Part shown: in pieces, positions 50,637-55,960 of the stretch | Layout: every line of letters begins with the position of its first letter | Position numbering within the stretch: the first letter of the stretch is position 1 | From: an uncultured Sulfurospirillum sp. | Lineage (GTDB): Bacteria > Campylobacterota > Campylobacteria > Campylobacterales > QNZT01 | Direction of reading: 5' to 3' | Assembly: GCA_964384355.1 (NCBI GenBank) | Contig: CAYLLC010000002.1 | Coordinates: 1 to 55,960, forward strand | Length of the DNA stretch: 55,960 nt | Notes under the pieces: generated by a model | Told to the model about the DNA's origin: nothing | Database searches by the model: none | What the model saw: only the letters and a program-made list of their open reading frames with translations | Program-made: the position numbers and the translations under genes

Positions 50637-51728
50637 ATGTACGAACAGGAGCTGCAGGCGATAGAGAGGGCGAACCGCTTCCGCAAGCGGGAGCTCTATG
50701 CCGAAGATCTGATCGATCTGGCATCCAACGACTATCTGGGGCTGGCGGAGCGCAGGGAGCTGCTCGATGCAGCCGTGAGGCGAACAGAGGCGTATCGCTA
50801 CCACGCACCCCGCGCTTCGCAGCTGGTCAACGGCTACCATCCGATCCATGCCGAGTTCGAAGCGCTGCTGTGTCGCATCAACGGTTTCGAGAAGGGGATC
50901 GTCGTCGGGAGCGGGTTTCTGGCGAATCTCTCGCTGATCGAAGCACTGCCGCGCAAAAGAGATCTGCTCGTACTGGATGCATCCTATCATGCCAGCGGCG
51001 TCATGGCATCGCGGCTGGTGGATGCGAAGGTGCGCTTTTTCCGGCACAACGACCCCGAATCGCTGGATGCGATTCTCTCGCAGGAGCGTTACCGGCGTGC
51101 GATTGTCGCGGTGGAGGGGATCTACTCGATGGAGGGGGATCTGCTCGATCGTGCTATCTTCGATGTCGCCGACCGGCATGAAGCGCTGCTGATCGTCGAT
51201 GAAGCGCACAGCAGCGGCGTGGTCGGGAAGCATCTCTCCGGTGTGTTCGAGCACTACGGCATCACGCCCGCGGCCAACCATATCAAGATGGGTACGCTCG
51301 GCAAGGCGATGGGCAGCTACGGCGCCTATATACTGGCGAGCGAAGAGATCATCGCCTTTTTGCAGAACAGGGCCAAAGCGATCATCTATGCGACGGCGCC
51401 TTCGGTGATCGATACGGCGCTGGCGACGGAGGCGCTGCACTATCTGCAGTCGCATGCCCCGACGCTGCGTGCCGCACTCGAAACACGCCGGGCACTGGCA
51501 TCCGATTTCTGGGATAGAGCGGTCGCATCGCCGATCCTCAGACTCCCCGTCGCCGATTCGCAGGCAGCACTGCGCTACAGGCAATTTGCAAAAGCACAGG
51601 GCTACCTGATCGGAGCGATCCGTCCGCCGACGGTACCCTCCGCGATACTGCGTATCATCCTGCGTGCCAATGTGCCGATAGAACAGATCAGCGCTCTTTT
51701 TGAGCAGTTGAAGGAACAGGGTGTTTAA
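50637..51728 (+). CDS. bioF: 8-amino-7-oxononanoate synthase (alpha-oxoamine synthase family)
   Basis: ...LASNDYLGLA..., DEAHSSGV..., and the PLP-lysine context GTLGKAMGSYGAY. ATG 50637 lies 2 nt after the maf stop; the ORF-track start at 50247 was rejected. Confidence 0.8.
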   Translation: MYEQELQAIERANRFRKRELYAEDLIDLASNDYLGLAERRELLDAAVRRTEAYRYHAPRASQLVNGYHPIHAEFEALLCRINGFEKGIVVGSGFLANLSLIEALPRKRDLLVLDASYHASGVMASRLVDAKVRFFRHNDPESLDAILSQERYRRAIVAVEGIYSMEGDLLDRAIFDVADRHEALLIVDEAHSSGVVGKHLSGVFEHYGITPAANHIKMGTLGKAMGSYGAYILASEEIIAFLQNRAKAIIYATAPSVIDTALATEALHYLQSHAPTLRAALETRRALASDFWDRAVASPILRLPVADSQAALRYRQFAKAQGYLIGAIRPPTVPSAILRIILRANVPIEQISALFEQLKEQGV

Positions 51729-52413
51729 GGTCAAGCGACTCCGGATCGAGACGGCACGCAAGCCGCTGGTCGATATCGCTTTCGAGATCGACGAGAGCTT
51801 CGCGCTGGTGGGGCAGAGCGGCAGCGGCAAGAGCCTCACGCTCAAAGCGCTGCTGGGTATGCTGCCGCGTGAGTTGAAAAGCACGCTCGATATCGAGAGC
51901 GATTTTCCGCTCGAGAGAGGGAAGACGGTCGCGATCGTACCGCAGAACCCTTTCACCGCGCTCTCTCCGCTGACACGGATCGAAGATCAGTTTTTTCAGC
52001 CGATAGAAGTGGCCGAGCGTTTCATGCAGTATGTCGAACTTGATAAAAGCCTCCTTTTTCGCTATCCTTCTGAATTGAGCGGCGGACAGCTGCAGCGCGT
52101 GATCATCGCGATGGCACTCTCGGTCAATCCGAAACTGCTCCTGCTCGACGAGCCGACGACTGCACTCGATACGGCGACCAAAGAGAGTATCCTCGCATTG
52201 ATCGCCGGATTGCGGGAACAGATGGGGTATCGGGTGCTCTTCGTGACGCATGATATCGAAGCGACGCGATCGCTATGCAAACGGATCGCGATTCTCAAAG
52301 AGGGCAGAATCGTCGAAACGGGGGATGTCGAAGCGGTGCTGCAAAACCCGCAGACGGAGTATGCGAAGATATTGATCGCATCCAATTTCAAACACAGAGG
52401 AAAACGCACTTGA
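51721..52413 (+). CDS. ABC transporter ATP-binding protein (Dpp/Opp/Nik-type), no adjacent permease
   Basis: Walker A GQSGSGKS, signature LSGGQLQR and Walker B LLLLDEPTTALD. GTG start overlapping the bioF end by 8 nt. Confidence 0.85.
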   Translation: MFKVKRLRIETARKPLVDIAFEIDESFALVGQSGSGKSLTLKALLGMLPRELKSTLDIESDFPLERGKTVAIVPQNPFTALSPLTRIEDQFFQPIEVAERFMQYVELDKSLLFRYPSELSGGQLQRVIIAMALSVNPKLLLLDEPTTALDTATKESILALIAGLREQMGYRVLFVTHDIEATRSLCKRIAILKEGRIVETGDVEAVLQNPQTEYAKILIASNFKHRGKRT

Positions 52414-54365
52414 AATTTTTAAAATATCTCTTCGGATTTGTCATGACACTGGGCGTGTTGGGATTGATCGCGGGGCTCTTCGCCTTCTGGCACTTCTCGG
52501 GCAAAATCAAACTCGATGCCGACAAGCTGATCCATTACCATCCCGAGATGACGACGCGTATCTACGACCGGAACGGTGAATTGATCGCCAATATCTTCAA
52601 GGACAAACACCGTCTCTACGCCCCTTTCGACGAGATTCCGCCGCGCATGATCGAAGCGCTGGTGGCGATCGAGGATACGGTCTTTTTCGAGCATAGCGGT
52701 GTCAACTACGAAGCGATCCTGCGGGCACTGCTGAAGGATATTAAATCGGGCAAACTCAAAGAGGGGGCCAGTACCCTGACGCAGCAGCTGGTCAAAAATA
52801 CGCTGCTGACCTCCGAAAAGAAGCTGCAGAGAAAGATCAACGAAGCGATTCTGGCGCTGAAGCTGGAGCAGAAGCTGACCAAAGAGCAGATACTCGAGCG
52901 CTATCTCAACGAAATCTACTTCGGCCATCGCTACTACGGGGTCAAAACTGCGGCGCTGGGCTATTTCCGAAAGCCGCTGCATGATCTCAACCTCAAGGAG
53001 ATCGCGATCCTCGTAGGATTGCCGCAGGCACCGAGCAAATATGACCCGACCCGCCACTACGATGTCTCGATGAGCCGTGCCAATACGGTGCTGGCGCGCA
53101 TGCGTGCGCTGGGCTGGATCACGGAGGCGGAGCTGCAGAAGTATCAGGCCCTGCGGCCGAAGGTCTACAACGACTCCCTGACGCAGAATCGGCTCCCCTA
53201 TGTGACCGATGTGGTGCTCAAGAGATTGCAGAAGGCGTATCCCGATATCCGCACCGGCGGATACAAGATCTACACGACGATCGACAGCGGATTGCAGAGT
53301 CTCGCCAAAGAGGCGCTGCGCTACGGATATGAGGGGATCAAGAAACGGGGAGAGGGGAAAGATGTCGATTACAGCGATCTCAACGGAGCGATCGTGGTAC
53401 TCGACAACCACAGCGGAGAGGTGCTCTCACTCGTCGGAGGTATCGATTATCAGAAGAGTGCTTTCAACCGTGCGGTACAGAGCAAGCGCCAGCCCGGTTC
53501 GTCGTTCAAGCCCTTTATCTATCAGATCGCGCTCGATTCGGGCTACTCGCCGCTCAGCAAGCTGACCGATGTCTCCAGAACCTTCAAATATCAGGACAAG
53601 GATGAAGAGAAAGAGTGGCAGCCGAAGAATTACGAAAAGAATTTCGAGGGGTTGATCACGCTGCATGATGCGCTCGTACACTCCCGAAATCTGGCGACGA
53701 TCAATCTGGTCAACGATCTGGGGCTCAATCTGGTGCACCGTAAAATCACGGAGATGGGCTTCCGGGATGTCCCCAACGACCTCTCGATCTCTCTGGGTAC
53801 ATTCGGGCTCTCTCCGCTGGAGATGAGCTCGTTTTATACGATCTTTTCCAATTACGGCACCAGACTGGAGCCGATTCTGATCAAGAGTGTCGTCGACTAC
53901 AGAGGCAACGAGAAACTCTTCGAAGCCAAAGCGCACAAAGTCACTTCACCGGCGCAGGCTTTTCTGACGACGACGATACTCGAAGATGTGATCAAAAAGG
54001 GTACGGGACGACGCGCGCGGGTCAAGGGATTGGCGCTGGCGGGCAAGACGGGTACGACCAACGAATACAAAGATGCGTGGTTTTGCGGTTTTTCACCCGA
54101 GATCGAGGCGATCGTATGGTACGGCAAAGACAACAACAAGCCGATGTACAAAGAGACCGGCGGCAAAGCGGCGGCACCGGCTTTTGCCTATTTCTTCAGA
54201 AAGTATCTGGAATTGCATCCGGAGACGAAGGTGGCATTCGATATGCCTGAAGGGGTCAGAGCGGTACGCGGCAAACACGGGACCGACTACTTCACGAAGA
54301 TATCACGCCCGCCCAAAGAGGCGGAGCGCACGCCGCAGGCGGGAGAAGGGGAGCTGCTCTTTTAG
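52410..54365 (+). CDS. mrcA: Penicillin-binding protein 1A (bifunctional glycosyltransferase/transpeptidase)
   Basis: N-terminal TM (LKFLKYLFGFVMTLGVLGLIAGLF). GT51 motifs IEDTVFFEHSGVN, GASTLTQQL and RKI.E, plus transpeptidase motifs SSFKP, SRN and KTGTT. TTG 52410 overlaps the ABC gene stop. Confidence 0.9.
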   Translation: MKFLKYLFGFVMTLGVLGLIAGLFAFWHFSGKIKLDADKLIHYHPEMTTRIYDRNGELIANIFKDKHRLYAPFDEIPPRMIEALVAIEDTVFFEHSGVNYEAILRALLKDIKSGKLKEGASTLTQQLVKNTLLTSEKKLQRKINEAILALKLEQKLTKEQILERYLNEIYFGHRYYGVKTAALGYFRKPLHDLNLKEIAILVGLPQAPSKYDPTRHYDVSMSRANTVLARMRALGWITEAELQKYQALRPKVYNDSLTQNRLPYVTDVVLKRLQKAYPDIRTGGYKIYTTIDSGLQSLAKEALRYGYEGIKKRGEGKDVDYSDLNGAIVVLDNHSGEVLSLVGGIDYQKSAFNRAVQSKRQPGSSFKPFIYQIALDSGYSPLSKLTDVSRTFKYQDKDEEKEWQPKNYEKNFEGLITLHDALVHSRNLATINLVNDLGLNLVHRKITEMGFRDVPNDLSISLGTFGLSPLEMSSFYTIFSNYGTRLEPILIKSVVDYRGNEKLFEAKAHKVTSPAQAFLTTTILEDVIKKGTGRRARVKGLALAGKTGTTNEYKDAWFCGFSPEIEAIVWYGKDNNKPMYKETGGKAAAPAFAYFFRKYLELHPETKVAFDMPEGVRAVRGKHGTDYFTKISRPPKEAERTPQAGEGELLF

Positions 54366-55558
54366 TAGCAGCCTGCCGTCGCGCACTCGGATGACGAGAC
54401 GCCGTAGCCGCTGCCGTAACTATAGTCCGTATCGTTGTCGTTTCGAAAGAGTTTAGCGGTGTCGAAGTTGTAGACGAGACCGACTCTGGCGTAACCGTAC
54501 TTTTTGGTGTATTTGTTTTTGGTGTACTTGTTGTAGAGGTAGGGGATGACACCGTTGAATTGGTGGAGCATGAGCTTCCCGCCGACGAAGATCAGCAGGT
54601 TTTTGTTGACGATGTAGGAGAGGGCGGAGTTGATGATGTGGTTGTCCTGTGTCTTCTTGACATCGGCGTCTCTGCCCCATATCGTCAGGTATTCGTAGTT
54701 GGCATCGAAGATGAAGCTGCCAAACTCCACCGTATAGTTGAATCCCAGAAAAAATGTCTTTTCGTTGCGGCCGAGGTCGACACTCTCGTACCCTTTGGCG
54801 TTGAGAATATTCTGGAGGGTTTTGTTGTCATGCGGTTCGATCGAGATTTCGGTATTGATTTTGGTATATTTCAATCCTGCATAGAGGTCGAAGATGTTGG
54901 TCTCGTAATGCATACCGGTCAGGAAGCGCAGATAGAGGGCGTTGTCCGAGAGATCGCCGATGCGCACGAAGGGTGATACCGCTTTGTTGGTCTTGGGATC
55001 GAGAAAGACGATGCTGCTGTTTTTGTATTTGATCTCCGGCCCGTCGATCGAGAGTCCGGGAATCGGATTGACTTTCTGAATCATGCTGTTGAGACGGTCT
55101 CGGTTTTTGATATCGAGATCGGCGGCACTGTTTCGGACATATCCGATATCGGCGGAGAAGGTTTCGAAGAAGTTCATCGGATTCTGATAGATGTTGACCT
55201 TCAGATAGAGTTCGTTTTTGTTGTTGTGGAGGATGCTGTCGATATAGTGCAGATTGAGACGCTCGTAGTTGTAGAAGAGCGAGTAGAACTCCGTCGCTCC
55301 GTAAGCGAGCGAGAGATCGAGACCCGTTGCATCACCGATCGTACCGAATTTCGCGGTACTCCCCAGCTCCTTTTGTTTGATATCGAAGATATCGATATCG
55401 TCATTGATGCGGTTGTAGCTGGCTCTGACGCCGATATGCCCCTTTTGCAGCGGGAAGGAGCGTATATCCGATGTCGTCAGTGCATGCTCCATCGCAGAGA
55501 GTGTGCTTGCGGTGAGCATGAACGCCAGTGTTGTGCTGATCCATTTTTTTGTTCGCAT
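54362..55558 (-). CDS. Predicted outer-membrane beta-barrel protein, family unknown
   Basis: Signal peptide MRTKKWISTTLAFMLTASTLSA. The sequence is rich in alternating aromatic/hydrophilic strands, with a terminal-strand-like YGYARVGLVYNF followed by a 33-aa tail. It is convergent with mrcA and overlaps it by 4 nt. Confidence 0.65.
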   Translation of the reverse strand: MRTKKWISTTLAFMLTASTLSAMEHALTTSDIRSFPLQKGHIGVRASYNRINDDIDIFDIKQKELGSTAKFGTIGDATGLDLSLAYGATEFYSLFYNYERLNLHYIDSILHNNKNELYLKVNIYQNPMNFFETFSADIGYVRNSAADLDIKNRDRLNSMIQKVNPIPGLSIDGPEIKYKNSSIVFLDPKTNKAVSPFVRIGDLSDNALYLRFLTGMHYETNIFDLYAGLKYTKINTEISIEPHDNKTLQNILNAKGYESVDLGRNEKTFFLGFNYTVEFGSFIFDANYEYLTIWGRDADVKKTQDNHIINSALSYIVNKNLLIFVGGKLMLHQFNGVIPYLYNKYTKNKYTKKYGYARVGLVYNFDTAKLFRNDNDTDYSYGSGYGVSSSECATAGCY

Positions 55559-55567
55559 GGTCTACCT

Positions 55568-55960
55568 CTAATCGTTGATTGGTTTGTAGGATATCTCTTC
55601 GTGCCTGTCCTGTACTTCAGAACTATCGTCCGATTTCAGAAACTCTTTGAAAAAGACCCAGAAGATACCCAGAATGATCGATGTGATAAATGCGACGATG
55701 ACGATCAGCGCTCTTTTGGGGCCTGCTTTGTCTTTGACATAGGGGACTTCCGGTTTGGTCAGCTGTTTGACCATGTAGAATTCACCCGCCTGGGAGAGGA
55801 CCTTCTTTTTGACGAGTGCGGAGAGGAGTTCGTTGATATTGGCTTTGAGGTCGAGATTTTTGGCGCGCTGCAGCTCCTGCTCGTAGTAGCGTACCTGCTC
55901 GTCGATCTCCTTGAGGTCGAGTCGTTTGATATAGTCACTCATCTCTTTGAGATAGATATC
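55568..55960 (-). CDS. Chain-length-determinant (Wzz/PCP)-like protein, C-terminal part (5' end outside window)
   Basis: Coiled-coil segment, then the proline-rich motif KPEVPYVKDKAGPKRAL followed by the TM segment IVIVAFITSIILGIFWVFF, as in the C-termini of Wzz-type co-polymerases. The reading frame stays open to the window edge. Confidence 0.6.
   Translation of the reverse strand, partial: DIYLKEMSDYIKRLDLKEIDEQVRYYEQELQRAKNLDLKANINELLSALVKKKVLSQAGEFYMVKQLTKPEVPYVKDKAGPKRALIVIVAFITSIILGIFWVFFKEFLKSDDSSEVQDRHEEISYKPIND

Noticed and set aside
54503-54532. Tandem 15-nt duplication TTTGGTGTATTTGTT / TTTGGTGTACTTGTT (encodes NKYTK twice in the OMP)
   Set aside because: There are only two copies with one mismatch, the duplication is in frame, and there is no homopolymer tract. 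It is unlikely to be a phase-variation switch and is probably an old slippage duplication.

Overview
This window looks like a compact, mostly core chromosomal segment of a Campylobacterota (epsilonproteobacterial-type) genome with moderate GC. That call rests on gene order as I remember it from Helicobacter and Campylobacter: flgB-flgC-fliE-ftsI divergent from ftsW-murG, purA followed by a fliJ-like gene, an MgtE-N-like gene, DUF507 and carA, NifU-like upstream of murE, bioF near PBP1A, and no L30 or adk in the spc operon. From left to right: pssA; the S10-spc-alpha ribosomal superoperon (rpsJ to rplQ, including secY, map, infA and rpmJ, which is missing from the ORF track); nfu-like, murE, a ferredoxin, panD, ybaB, ispA and tkt. 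Next is the only clearly accessory block, a ~13 kb Wzy-type surface-polysaccharide locus (21.3-34.3 kb): GT4, galE, wecB, wecC, Wzy/ligase-family, GT4, heparinase II/III-like, then wza, wzc, wecA. After that come hisZ-like, purA, flagellar-associated genes and carA; on the minus strand a PqiA-like gene, rpsI, rplM, ftsI, fliE, flgC and flgB; then ftsW-murG and an overlapping chain from alaS to PBP1A; and finally a convergent outer-membrane-protein plus Wzz-like pair cut by the window edge. I found no tRNA, rRNA, CRISPR array, transposase, integrase or recognisable defence or toxin system. The most unusual items are a double-length L22 with a basic linker plus an HhH-like tail, a polysaccharide locus lacking wzx and wzb but carrying a heparinase-like gene, an orphan Cys-free PqiA-like gene, the OMP/Wzz-like pair, and several structured leaders or inverted repeats. 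I did not find a convincing new multi-gene system. The many very long antisense ORFs are codon-aligned shadows and were rejected.
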